Below, in pieces: positions 39,103 to 48,887 of a stretch of 64,000 nucleotides of DNA. Below the pieces are notes generated by a model. The model was given only the letters and a program-made list of their open reading frames with translations. It had not been told where the DNA came from and did not search any database. The translations under genes and the position numbers were made by a program. Each line of letters opens with the position of its first letter. The first letter of the stretch is position 1. Source of the DNA: Escherichia phage FriedrichZschokke; sequence record MZ501067; one strand, 5' to 3'.

Positions 39103-39378
39103 TTATTTCATATTATTGAAATATTCTTCTGCGATTTCGTCGTTATCATGGTAAACTTTAGAAGACAGTTTAACATAACCTTCAGCAGTGAACATGTTAA
39201 TCACAACCTTTACAGTATACCACTGACCATCTTCATTACCCATTACTGCGTAAGTTTCAAACATCGGATGGTCAGGACCGATAACTTTAATATCATTCAC
39301 TGTACGACCGAAATCTTCTGAAACACATTTCATAAAGAAGTTGAACAGTTCGCCGTAATTATCCATTTTATTCTCCAA
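39103..39378 (-). CDS. Hypothetical protein
   Basis: 91 aa ORF. Confidence 0.5.
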   Translation of the reverse strand: MENKMDNYGELFNFFMKCVSEDFGRTVNDIKVIGPDHPMFETYAVMGNEDGQWYTVKVVINMFTAEGYVKLSSKVYHDNDEIAEEYFNNMK

Positions 39379-39408
39379 GTTGTTTTCTGTATCAGTAGTT
39401 GATATTGA

Positions 39409-39438
39409 TATAGTACCATGGAAGAACAGGGATGTAAA
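39409..39438 (-). promoter_or_regulatory. T4-type early promoter
   Basis: Minus strand TTTACA-N17-TACTATA. Confidence 0.45.
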
Positions 39439-39550
39439 CAGTTTTGTGAAAAAATTTTTTAAAAAGTTTTGGGGAATTCTGGGGCAGGGAGGGGCAATTA
39501 AAGGATAGGATAATATATTATAACGGGTAGAAACTAAATGATGTCTGGAG

Positions 39551-39600
39551 AGGCCCAGAAAGGCCTAGATGCCAAAAAGCCCCAACCTTTCGGTCGGGGC
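39551..39600 (-). terminator. Tandem hairpins; strong rho-independent terminator at the end of the tRNA/stable-RNA transcription unit
   Basis: Minus strand GCCCCGACC-GAAA-GGUUGGGGC followed by UUUUU, then a second hairpin AGGCC-UUUCUG-GGCCU. Confidence 0.65.
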
Positions 39601-39917
39601 TAAGCCTTGCGGCAACCTTGTCGGGGTTCCACCTGCTAAGGCAAGTGTTTGTACGAAACGCCGGGATTCGAACCCGGTTATTAAGCAGTTGACGCTACTC
39701 AATATTTTTAAAAGGCCATATCTCGACCATATCCGAACGTTCCGTCAAAAACGCTACTCGGCTTACGGCAAAGATATTTCCTCGAATCGATAATTCGGTG
39801 CGCCGTTTCTGCTGTGATGTAAGGGGATATTAACAAATCATAAAGATTTATTAAGACCAGTCCTTACTCAGGGAACATCAGTCCGACGTCTTGCCGGTAG
39901 CGACCCGGCTTCTTGTT
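39601..39917 (-). ncRNA. Putative stable small RNA(s) downstream of tRNA-Arg, with a tRNA-like T-arm (possible counterpart of T4 rnaC/rnaD species)
   Basis: Non-coding ~320 nt between tRNA-Arg and the terminator; contains CCGGG-TTCGAAT-CCCGG followed by CGTTTCG, but no canonical cloverleaf. Confidence 0.35.
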
Positions 39918-39993
39918 TGGTCGAGGCAGTAGGGATCGAACCTACGACCCAGGACTTAGAAGGTCCTTGCTCTTCCTTCTGAGCTATGCCCCG
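39918..39993 (-). tRNA. tRNA-Arg (anticodon TCT), CCA encoded
   Basis: Manually folded cloverleaf: acceptor CGGGGCA/TGCCTCG, anticodon loop CTTCTAA, T-arm GTAGG-TTCGATC-CCTAC. Confidence 0.8.
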
Positions 39994-39997
39994 TAAT

Positions 39998-40073
39998 TGG
40001 GGTGACCGATGGGAGTCGAACCCATGACTACGAGAATCACAATCTCGAGTTCTACCAACTGAACTACGGCCAC
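39998..40073 (-). tRNA. tRNA-His (anticodon GTG), CCA encoded, C73 discriminator
   Basis: Cloverleaf: acceptor GTGGCCG/CGGTCAC, anticodon loop TTGTGAT, T-arm ATGGG-TTCGACT-CCCAT. Confidence 0.75.
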
Positions 40074-40187
40074 ATTAATACCTACTCCAACAATCAAGAT
40101 GTCTTCACACGAAATTAAGAGAAGAGTGATCAGTTCAACCCCTATAATCGCGTCAAGTAGATATTAATGTGACAGTTGTCACAAATT

Positions 40188-40262
40188 TGGCGGACGTGAT
40201 AGGATTCGAACCTATAACCAATCGCTTAACAGGCGATCGCTCTGCCATTGAGCTACACATCC
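40188..40262 (-). tRNA. tRNA-Asn (anticodon GTT), CCA encoded
   Basis: Cloverleaf: acceptor GGATGTG/CACGTCC, anticodon loop CTGTTAA, T-arm ATAGG-TTCGAAT-CCTAT. Confidence 0.75.
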
Positions 40263-40266
40263 AAAT

Positions 40267-40353
40267 TGGTGGGGAGTGGTGGAGTCGAACCACCCGAGTC
40301 GCAATGACAATGGATTTACAGTCCACACCGCTACCTCTACGGGATAACTCCCC
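40267..40353 (-). tRNA. tRNA-Tyr (anticodon GTA), long variable arm, CCA encoded
   Basis: Acceptor GGGGAGT/ACTCCCC, anticodon loop CTGTAAA, variable arm with GTC/GAC stem, T-arm GGTGG-TTCGACT-CCACC. Confidence 0.75.
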
Positions 40354-40366
40354 TTAATTCTTAATT

Positions 40367-40441
40367 TGGTGGCCCTGGGTGGAATTGAACCACCATCTGG
40401 CGATTATGAGTCGCTTGCTTGAACCTTCCAGCTACAGGGCC
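40367..40441 (-). tRNA. tRNA with CAT anticodon (Met, or Ile2 if lysidine-modified), CCA encoded
   Basis: Acceptor GGCCCTG/CAGGGCC, anticodon loop CTCATAA, T-arm GGTGG-TTCAATT-CCACC. Confidence 0.7.
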
Positions 40442-40442
40442 T

Positions 40443-40518
40443 TGGTGCTGATTGACGGAATCGAACCGCCGACCTTCTCATTACAAGTGAGTTGCTCTAC
40501 CTACTGAGCTAAATCAGC
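40443..40518 (-). tRNA. tRNA-Thr (anticodon TGT), CCA encoded
   Basis: Acceptor GCTGATT/AATCAGC, D-arm GCTCAGTAGGTAGAGC, anticodon loop CTTGTAA. Confidence 0.8.
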
Positions 40519-40523
40519 AAAAC

Positions 40524-40613
40524 TGGCGGAGGCGATAGGATTTGAACCTATGAGTCGCCGGAGCGACTGCCGGTTTTCAAGACCGGTGCATTAAACCACT
40601 CTGCCACGCCTCC
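40524..40613 (-). tRNA. tRNA-Ser (anticodon TGA), class II with long variable arm
   Basis: Acceptor GGAGGCG/CGCCTCC, anticodon loop CTTGAAA, long variable arm, T-arm ATAGG-TTCAAAT-CCTAT. Confidence 0.8.
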
Positions 40614-40615
40614 AG

Positions 40616-40689
40616 TCTCCATACAAGGATTTGAACCTTGGACCTCCTGATCCCAAATCAGGCGCTCTACCAAACTGAGCTACACGGAG
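40616..40689 (-). tRNA. tRNA-Pro (anticodon TGG), 3' CCA not encoded
   Basis: Acceptor CTCCGTG/TATGGAG, anticodon loop TTTGGGA, T-arm CAAGG-TTCAAAT-CCTTG. Confidence 0.8.
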
Positions 40690-40699
40690 TAAATTAAAT

Positions 40700-40773
<74 letters not shown>

Positions 40774-40778
40774 AAATT

Positions 40779-40865
40779 TGGTGCGAGAAGTGGGACTCGA
40801 ACCCACAAGGAAATCATTCCGCAGCATTTTAAGTGCTGTGCCTTTACCAATTTGACCATTCTCGC
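40779..40865 (-). tRNA. tRNA-Leu (anticodon TAA), class II, CCA encoded
   Basis: Acceptor GCGAGAA/TTCTCGC, anticodon loop CTTAAAA, long variable arm, T-arm GTGGG-TTCGAGT-CCCAC. Confidence 0.8.
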
Positions 40866-40866
40866 G

Positions 40867-40939
40867 CTGGGAATAAAGGACTCGAACCTTTGCATCCTGG
40901 AATCAAAATCCAGTGCCTTACCAACTTGGCTAATTCCCA
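40867..40939 (-). tRNA. tRNA-Gln (anticodon TTG), 3' CCA not encoded
   Basis: Acceptor TGGGAAT/ATTCCCA, anticodon loop TTTTGAT, T-arm AAAGG-TTCGAGT-CCTTT. Confidence 0.8.
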
Positions 40940-41008
40940 ATTATTAACAAAGGCTCTTAAGCAAGAACCCTTGATGATAGAGGGTATTAATCAGTGCGGT
41001 ATGAGTTA

Positions 41009-41034
41009 ATAATAACAAATAATTCTTAAAGCAT
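41009..41034 (-). promoter_or_regulatory. Candidate middle promoter for the tRNA cluster (MotA box ATGCTTTA, 12-nt spacer, -10 TATTAT)
   Basis: Minus-strand motif immediately upstream of tRNA-Gln. Confidence 0.35.
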
Positions 41035-41036
41035 AT

Positions 41037-41330
41037 TTACCATTTATGATAATACATATTTACGATGCATTCAAGACCCAAAGGATTCTTGAAAATATCA
41101 TATTCAAGAGGACCTTTTTCTGTTTCAATAAAGAAATCAAAATTTACTGTATTAAATTTACGGTCTTCCTTTACTAATTTAACTTGAGAAGATGAACGGT
41201 CAATGTAAACCTTTTCAACTTCAAAACATGTTAAAATGCCATAATCATCAATCAAGGCTTTAGCTGCTTCTTGATCATATTTATATCCATTTTCAATGGA
41301 TGATACTTTCGCATAAAGAATCATTATCAA
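41037..41330 (-). CDS. Hypothetical protein
   Basis: 97 aa ORF. Confidence 0.5.
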   Translation of the reverse strand: MIMILYAKVSSIENGYKYDQEAAKALIDDYGILTCFEVEKVYIDRSSSQVKLVKEDRKFNTVNFDFFIETEKGPLEYDIFKNPLGLECIVNMYYHKW

Positions 41331-41710
41331 CCTTCATCAACAATAGTGTGCGTATTGGCATTAACTATTTGCCACCAATCAAAGCGATTAAAACCATACA
41401 TCGGTTTGTTTTCATTTTCTTTGATAATGTCACGGAGTTCATCTTCGGTAGCGGCTTTCGCTATTAAATCAGCATATCCACCACGAGGATAATAATTATC
41501 ACCTGCAAAAAGTAAAAAGTTTGGTTTAATGTTATTGAACTCTTCAAGAGTAATAACTTTTCCTGATGGTAGTTGAACAATCTCTACATATTTATATCCC
41601 AATTTTTGAGCAGCATCTACTGCTTCAAGCAAAGTATCATGAGCCCATCCAATTTGACAACCTGGCTTTTCAGATGGATTAGCCTGATAATCCGCATACA
41701 CTTTGTACAT
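41327..41710 (-). CDS. Hypothetical protein
   Basis: ORF 41327..41749 trimmed to ATG at 41710 (MYKVYADYQ), which has an AAGGTGA Shine-Dalgarno. Confidence 0.5.
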   Translation of the reverse strand: MYKVYADYQANPSEKPGCQIGWAHDTLLEAVDAAQKLGYKYVEIVQLPSGKVITLEEFNNIKPNFLLFAGDNYYPRGGYADLIAKAATEDELRDIIKENENKPMYGFNRFDWWQIVNANTHTIVDEG

Positions 41711-41711
41711 T

Positions 41712-41897
41712 CTATTCACCTTTAGAAATTTTATCCATAACGATAGCAATTAAACCAATTAAAAATGCTACTACAAGTGAAAAAACATTTTCTGCTGTAG
41801 TCAATAATCCGCATATAAATCCAACAAACATTGAAAAACTAAAAGCGGAAGCAGAAATTGCAATAGCAACATTTCGAATTAATTCACAACGTTTCAT
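41712..41897 (-). CDS. Small membrane protein
   Basis: 61 aa ORF with hydrophobic segments. Confidence 0.45.
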   Translation of the reverse strand: MKRCELIRNVAIAISASAFSFSMFVGFICGLLTTAENVFSLVVAFLIGLIAIVMDKISKGE

Positions 41898-41925
41898 TTT
41901 ATTCTCCTCAGTAGTTGATAGGGTA

Positions 41926-41954
41926 ATAGTATCACAACTAAAACCCTATGTAAA
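41926..41954 (-). promoter_or_regulatory. T4-type early promoter
   Basis: Minus strand TTTACA-N17-TACTAT. Confidence 0.45.
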
Positions 41955-41973
41955 CAACTTTGTGAAATATTTA

Positions 41974-42261
41974 TTACAAAAGATTTTTAGCAATAATCTT
42001 GAGATGTGCCGCAGAAATGTGTTTAGCTTTAAACAACGCAGTTTCTTCAGCAGGAGAGATAACGATTGTAGCACCATCCTTTTTAGCAGACCACCCATCA
42101 CCTAGGTAAACAGTACCTTTGATTTCTTCGCCATCAACCAGACTAATCATTGGTTTACCTTCTCGTCCTTTATTTGCTTTAATAACTTCAGAAGTAAGAG
42201 TAGCCTCGGTAATGGTAGAAACCGGGGTAGTTGTAGAAGTAAATTCTTTGAAAGTTTTCAT
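41974..42261 (-). CDS. ipI: Internal protein I (IPI), capsid-packaged anti-restriction protein
   Basis: 95 aa ORF MKTFKEFTSTTTPVSTITEATL...; same length and position (between the tRNA cluster and 57B) as T4 IPI. Confidence 0.8.
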   Translation of the reverse strand: MKTFKEFTSTTTPVSTITEATLTSEVIKANKGREGKPMISLVDGEEIKGTVYLGDGWSAKKDGATIVISPAEETALFKAKHISAAHLKIIAKNLL

Positions 42262-42291
42262 TTTATTTTCCTAATTAATTTTGATGAGATA

Positions 42292-42320
42292 ATAGTATCA
42301 CTACCTCATCAACGTGTAAA
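42292..42320 (-). promoter_or_regulatory. T4-type early promoter upstream of ipI
   Basis: Minus strand TTTACA-N17-TACTAT. Confidence 0.45.
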
Positions 42321-42333
42321 CAACTTTGTGAAA

Positions 42334-43030
<697 letters not shown>

Positions 43031-43031
<1 letters not shown>

Positions 43032-43744
43032 TATAGTACCTTTAGTGTATTTTTAATTTTAGAAAAAAGCTCTTCAAGAGAACCATCGTTTGTAATTACT
43101 AAATCGCCATCACGAATTGGCAATCCAGCTTCTGTAATATGAGTATCATTGGATTTTTGACCAGGACGAACTACATGAATTACTGTAGCACCCATCGCCC
43201 TAGCCGCATCCATTTCATGATCTTGACGAGTATCAGGAACGATATAATAATCATAACCTGAGTTAAATTTATCAAGATAATCTAAAGCAAATAATTTTAC
43301 CCAATACATGCGGTCGAAGTTATTAACAATCAAATCCGTACCTAGGGCTTGCATCAGACGACGGACTGACCATTGATCTTCAATATTATTTATAACGTCA
43401 GCAATCTTGTTAAATGCTACGAAATTAACTGCGTCATCAAAAACAAACACACCTTTAATTGGGCTTTTACTATTAAGATAGCAAAATGCTTGTTCCATAA
43501 TCGTAATTACTTCTAATTTAGTCAGATTTAAATTAGTTTCACGATCATAGTCAATTCCTTCAAACTCTTTACGAGTTAAACAAGGATAGTCAGTGTTTGC
43601 TGCAAATACACCCCATGCATAAGCCAATGCATCTTTAATAGGACCAGCAAGTTGATATTTAACTGCAGAATAATTGCTCATGATAAAATCTGCAGTAGTA
43701 TCTTTTCCACTACGCTTTACACCACTTAAAAAGATTAGTTTCAT
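43031..43744 (-). CDS. 1: Deoxynucleoside monophosphate kinase gp1
   Basis: Protein from MKLIFLSGVKRSGKDT with P-loop; start set at the internal ATG of ORF 43031..43783. Confidence 0.9.
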
Positions 43745-43793
43745 ATGTTTCTCCTCAAATTTAATTAAGATTATAACACACAAAACTGAAGCA

Positions 43794-44324
43794 TTAAACT
43801 TCTGCTATAATTTTTCCATCTTTTTCTACTTGAAAATACGTATAAGGAATCGTTGCTGTGCATACTAAGGCTGGGTCTGAATCTTCTGTGTAGCTAAATT
43901 CTACTTCAGATAGGTCAGAAACCCAAGGCTTATAAAAATTTATTGACATCACGATTTCAGTTTTGCTATTATCTAAGATGTAAAGCGTAATGTACTCAGG
44001 ACCTGTTTTTTGGGCAGTATTTTCACCTGTAAGATAGTTACTAGTTCCTAGCATCCATTCATACATTCCTATCCACGACTTAAGTTCTTCATCAACTATA
44101 AATCTCACGATGAGTGGATCATACTCGAATGTAACACCAGGACGTTGTGCTCGGCCCAGTCCAAACGGCCCAGTCACGGTATCAGTAACAGGTATTCTAA
44201 TTCCCGGAATAGGAACTGACTGAGCATTTAAAGTAAAAGCAGATGTAGTATTACTATGCGGTATTGATACTACAAAGTTAGTTGTATTTGCTTGGTTAAA
44301 AATTTGTTGCAGAGCTTGCGACAT
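43794..44324 (-). CDS. 3: Tail completion / sheath stabiliser gp3
   Basis: ORF 43794..44405 trimmed to MSQALQQIFNQANTTNF (176 aa), matching T4 gp3. Confidence 0.85.
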   Translation of the reverse strand: MSQALQQIFNQANTTNFVVSIPHSNTTSAFTLNAQSVPIPGIRIPVTDTVTGPFGLGRAQRPGVTFEYDPLIVRFIVDEELKSWIGMYEWMLGTSNYLTGENTAQKTGPEYITLYILDNSKTEIVMSINFYKPWVSDLSEVEFSYTEDSDPALVCTATIPYTYFQVEKDGKIIAEV

Positions 44325-44430
44325 ATATTCCTCATAATGCTTTATAACTGTTGGTGGTATAATGGGTCTAAGTCCCTTCCATTCAATTCCATTTAGAACA
44401 AACAATAGAAAAGAATGGAAGATAATAGAA

Positions 44431-45255
44431 TTAGATATTTGACCAGACTTTGTTTGCAGAGAAACGTTTTCCTTTTGAAACGAACTGCTGAAGTGGCATT
44501 AACACAACGTTCGCCCAGTCTTTCGGGGCGATTTCAACAAGGCTACCCATAATATTACCAGGTATATATGCCTTAATCATTTGGTCTGCACCCCTAAATC
44601 CTTTCACTTGACTCCAATCAATTTTTAATTTCGTTTTATTAGTAATAGTAGGTGTATTTGCATATTGCTTTAAAAGCTCTTCTAGAAATTGCTGACGAGC
44701 TTTAGGTGGAATATAGTGCAAGTTCAATCCGTACATTAAGTTATGCTTACCTAAACCAAGATAAATTATCAAAGGAAATTTATCCCAGTAAGGAAGAGTT
44801 TCCTTGTGTTTAGCATCATAAGCAAAAGCATATATTCGTCCCGGCTGCGGGCGAACAACTTTATGTCCTTTTACTTGCTTAATAGTTTCAGCAAACCACT
44901 TTCTGGTTTTATTATTAATTGCTGCACCTTCATTACGAATTTTATCGCGCAATGTTTGTCTGAATGAATTTATCATAAGCAGTTGTCTTTCTTGCTTATT
45001 GAGTTTATTCATTGGTTTTGATTCAAGCTTTTGAATCTTTTCAGCCGTTTTAATTCCTGAAGCATATTTTGACATTGCTGAAGTAAACGTAGAGTATTTG
45101 ATTCCTCTTTCTTCAGCAAATTGCTTTCCTGTCATTCCTTTTGCTTTGGCCTTTTTATATTCAAGACCTATCTGAATCCATTTCTTTTCGTTTAATGATT
45201 GCTTAACCTTTGGAACTTGGGGAGTGCTTTCATTAATTATTTGAAAAATAGCCAT
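44431..45255 (-). CDS. 2: DNA end-protector protein gp2
   Basis: 274 aa ORF at the T4 gene 2 position, same length. Confidence 0.88.
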
Positions 45256-45707
45256 TATGCCCCCTTAAAGCCAAGAGCTCGTAATCCATCTTCTGTTAGA
45301 ATTCTAAATTTTATTCCACGCTTTTCAGCTAAAGCTTGCGCTGCTTTCCATTTGTCGGTATTAACGGAATATGTATAAATTTCATTCATAAATCTTTTCT
45401 TCGCTGCGGTTGTTAGATGTGCTGGTTTAACTGGTGGTTGTGTTTCTTTTTTAGGTTTTATTTCAATAAAAAATTCTTGTCCAGAAGAATCTTTCATCCA
45501 AATATCCATGAAGTATCTACGTTTTTTCCCTTCTGCATTACAAAAATAAGGAATTACTGCTGTTTCACTACCCCATGCAATAATTTCTGGATTTTTATCT
45601 AACCATTCAAAAAAGAATTTTTCCCAATTTGATCTATACGTAATTTTTTTAGGGTCACCTCTATACTTTGATATATTTTTAGGAACCCATTTTCCAGAAT
45701 ATGCCAT
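45255..45707 (-). CDS. 4: Head completion protein gp4
   Basis: 150 aa [24 protein letters not shown]... Confidence 0.88.
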
Positions 45708-45718
45708 TGGATTCTCCT

Positions 45719-45742
45719 TATAAATAGATAATATATTTATAA
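45719..45742. promoter_or_regulatory. Divergent late promoters (TATAAATA on plus for gene 53 and on minus for gene 4)
   Basis: TATAAATA at 45719-45726 (plus) and reverse complement of 45735-45742 (minus), between the divergent genes 4 and 53. Confidence 0.55.
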
Positions 45743-45754
45743 ACAGGAGGGCCC

Positions 45755-46345
45755 ATGCTCTTTACATTTTTTGATCCGATTGAATATGCGGCCAAAACGG
45801 TGAATAAAAACGCGCCGACTATTCCTATGACAGATATTTTTAGAAACTATAAAGACTATTTTAAACGCGCTCTTGCGGGATACCGCTTACGTACTTATTA
45901 TATTAAAGGTTCACCACGCCCGGAAGAATTAGCAAATGCTATATATGGAAATCCGCAGTTGTATTGGGTTTTATTGATGTGTAATGATAATTATGATCCG
46001 TATTATGGATGGATTACTTCGCAAGAAGCTGCTTATCAAGCATCTATACAAAAATACAAAAACGTAGGTGGAGACCAAATAGTATATCATGTGAATGAGA
46101 ATGGTGAAAAATTTTATAATTTAATATCATACGATGATAATCCATATGTTTGGTATGACAAAGGTGATAAAGCTAGAAAATATCCTCAATATGAAGGAGC
46201 ACTTGCTGCGGTAGATACGTATGAAGCTGCTGTTCTTGAAAATGAAAAACTTCGTCAAATAAAAATAATAGCAAAATCAGACATCAATTCATTTATGAAC
46301 GACCTTATACGTATAATGGAGAAATCTTATGGAAATGATAAGTAA
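45755..46345 (+). CDS. 53: Baseplate wedge protein gp53
   Basis: 196 aa ORF; AGGAGG Shine-Dalgarno; synteny and length as T4 gp53. Confidence 0.9.
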   Translation: MLFTFFDPIEYAAKTVNKNAPTIPMTDIFRNYKDYFKRALAGYRLRTYYIKGSPRPEELANAIYGNPQLYWVLLMCNDNYDPYYGWITSQEAAYQASIQKYKNVGGDQIVYHVNENGEKFYNLISYDDNPYVWYDKGDKARKYPQYEGALAAVDTYEAAVLENEKLRQIKIIAKSDINSFMNDLIRIMEKSYGNDK

Positions 46346-48056
46346 TAACCTTAATTGGTTTGTTGGTGTTGTTGAAGATAGAATGGACCCATTAAAATTA
46401 GGTCGTGTTCGTGTTCGTGTAGTTGGTCTGCATCCACCTCAAAGAGCACAAGGCGACGTAATGGGTATTCCAACTGATAAATTACCATGGATGTCAGTTA
46501 TTCAACCTATAACTTCTGCAGCAATGTCAGGAATTGGAGGTTCTGTTACAGGGCCAGTAGAAGGAACTAGAGTTTATGGTCATTTTTTGGACAAATGGAA
46601 AACTAACGGAATTGTCCTTGGCACGTATGGTGGGATAGTTCGCGAAAAACCTAATAGACTTGAAGGATTTTCTGACCCAACCGGGCAGTATCCTAGACGT
46701 TTAGGAAATGATACTAACGTACTAAACCAAGGCGGAGAAGTAGGATATGATTCCTCTTCTAACGTTATTCAAGATAGTAACTTAGACACCGCAATAAATC
46801 CCGATGATAGACCACTATCAGAGATTCCAACCGATGATAATCCAAATATGTCAATGGCTGAAATGCTTCGCCGTGATGAAGGATTAAGACTAAAAGTTTA
46901 TTGGGATACCGAAGGATATCCGACAATTGGCATTGGTCATCTTATCATGAAGCAGCCAGTTCGTGATATGGCCCAAATTAATAAAGTTTTATCAAAACAA
47001 GTTGGTCGTGAAATTACCGGAAATCCAGGTTCTATTACAATGGAAGAAGCGGTAGCTTTATTTGAGCGTGATTTGGCTGATATGCAACGTGACATTAAAT
47101 CACATTCTAAAGTTGGCCCAGTTTGGCAAGCAGTTAATCGTTCTCGTCAAATGGCGTTAGAAAATATGGCATTTCAGATGGGTGTTGGCGGTGTAGCTAA
47201 ATTTAACACAATGTTAACTGCCATGTTAGCAGGAGATTGGGAAAAAGCATATAAAGCCGGTCGTGATTCATTGTGGTATCAACAAACAAAAGGCCGTGCA
47301 TCCCGTGTTACCATGATTATTCTTACGGGGAATTTGGAATCATATGGTGTTGAAGTGAAAACTCCAGCTAGGTCTTTATCGGCAATGGCTGCGACTGTAA
47401 CTAAATCTTCTGACCCTGCTGACCCTCCTATTCCAAATGACTCGAGAATTTTATTCAAAGAACCAGTTTCTTCATATAAAGGCGAATATCCTTATGTGCA
47501 TACAATGGAAACTGAAAGTGGACATATTCAGGAATTTGATGATACCCCTGGGCAAGAACGATATAGATTAGTTCATCCAACTGGAACTTATGAAGAAGTA
47601 TCACCGTCAGGGAGAAGAACAAGAAAAACTGTTGATAATTTGTATGATATAACCAACGCTGATGGTAATTTTTTGGTAGCCGGCGATAAAAAGACTAACG
47701 TCGGTGGATCAGAAATTTATTACAACATGGATAATCGTCTTCACCAAATAGATGGAAGCAATACAATATTTGTACGTGGCGATGAAACTAAGACGGTTGA
47801 AGGTAATGGAACTATCCTAGTTAAAGGTAATGTTACTATTGTAGTTGAAGGTAATGCTGACATTACAGTTAAAGGAGATGCTACCACTTTAGTTGAAGGA
47901 AATCAGACTAATACAGTAAATGGAAATCTTTCTTGGAAAGTTGCTGGGACAGTTGATTGGGACGTTGGTGGTGATTGGACAGAAAAAATGGCATCTATGA
48001 GTTCTATTTCATCTGGTCAATACACAATTGATGGATCGAGGATTGACATTGGCTAA
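46329..48056 (+). CDS. 5: Baseplate central spike / tail lysozyme gp5
   Basis: 575 aa ORF with internal lysozyme domain (MAEMLRRDEGLRLKVYWDTEGYPTIGIGHL) and C-terminal beta-helix VxGxxxxx repeats. Confidence 0.95.
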   Translation: MEMISNNLNWFVGVVEDRMDPLKLGRVRVRVVGLHPPQRAQGDVMGIPTDKLPWMSVIQPITSAAMSGIGGSVTGPVEGTRVYGHFLDKWKTNGIVLGTYGGIVREKPNRLEGFSDPTGQYPRRLGNDTNVLNQGGEVGYDSSSNVIQDSNLDTAINPDDRPLSEIPTDDNPNMSMAEMLRRDEGLRLKVYWDTEGYPTIGIGHLIMKQPVRDMAQINKVLSKQVGREITGNPGSITMEEAVALFERDLADMQRDIKSHSKVGPVWQAVNRSRQMALENMAFQMGVGGVAKFNTMLTAMLAGDWEKAYKAGRDSLWYQQTKGRASRVTMIILTGNLESYGVEVKTPARSLSAMAATVTKSSDPADPPIPNDSRILFKEPVSSYKGEYPYVHTMETESGHIQEFDDTPGQERYRLVHPTGTYEEVSPSGRRTRKTVDNLYDITNADGNFLVAGDKKTNVGGSEIYYNMDNRLHQIDGSNTIFVRGDETKTVEGNGTILVKGNVTIVVEGNADITVKGDATTLVEGNQTNTVNGNLSWKVAGTVDWDVGGDWTEKMASMSSISSGQYTIDGSRIDIG

Positions 48057-48090
48057 TATACTTCCAATGAGCGCTGATTTAGGAGAATCC

Positions 48091-48585
48091 ATGGAAGGTT
48101 CTTCTATCGACGTCACCTTTACCGCTCAATTAGAAACAGGTGAAACGTTAGTATCTATAAATATAACTAGTTACGAAGAAACTCCTGGGGTTTTAGTAGA
48201 AGAAAATCGCTTATATGGAACATATGAATCTGTATTTGGTTTCGGAAATGACGCGTTGAAATATCGTTTAGGCGATGAATTTAAAACTGCTGCTTCATGG
48301 GAAGAACTTCCTACTGATTCTGATACTCAGTTGTATTTGTGGAAAGCTCCTCAAAATCTCCAGAAGACATTCACTTACGAAGTAACATTAATATATGACT
48401 ACCAAGAACAAAGTGAATCTGGAGGTTCTGGCAGTAATTCTAGGTCATCTTCTGATACTACTGAACCGACAGATCCTCCTGCTCCAGTAAGAAAAACTCT
48501 CGTTAAAAATTATACTAAAACTATAGTTGGAAATTGGAGTCGTTGGGCTAATAAATTAAGAAGCTATGTGTATGAGAGGTCATAG
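48091..48585 (+). CDS. Hypothetical protein (T4 5.1 position)
   Basis: ORF 48028..48585 trimmed to the ATG at 48091, which has an AGGAG Shine-Dalgarno. Confidence 0.55.
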
Positions 48586-48879
48586 ATGTCAGGATTAAGT
48601 TATGATAAATGTGTTACTGCTGGTCATGAAGCATGGCCTCCAACAGTTGTGAATGCTACACAAAGTAAAGTATTCACTGGAGGAATTGCTGTTCTCGTAG
48701 CAGGTGATCCAATTACAGAACATACAGAAATTAAAAAGCCATATGAAACACATGGCGGAGTGACACAACCCAGAACTTCTAAGGTATATGTCACTGGAAA
48801 GAAAGCTGTTCAAATGGCTGATCCAATATCATGCGGTGATACTGTGGCTCAGGCATCATCTAAAGTATTCATTAAATAG
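48586..48879 (+). CDS. 5.4: PAAR-like spike tip protein gp5.4
   Basis: 97 aa ORF, same length and position as T4 gp5.4. Confidence 0.8.
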
Positions 48880-48887
48880 GATTTAAA

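Noticed and set aside
39641-39730. A twelfth canonical tRNA at the T-arm-like sequence near 39661
   Set aside because: No anticodon stem-loop or D-arm can be folded at tRNA spacing; treated instead as part of a tRNA-like stable RNA.
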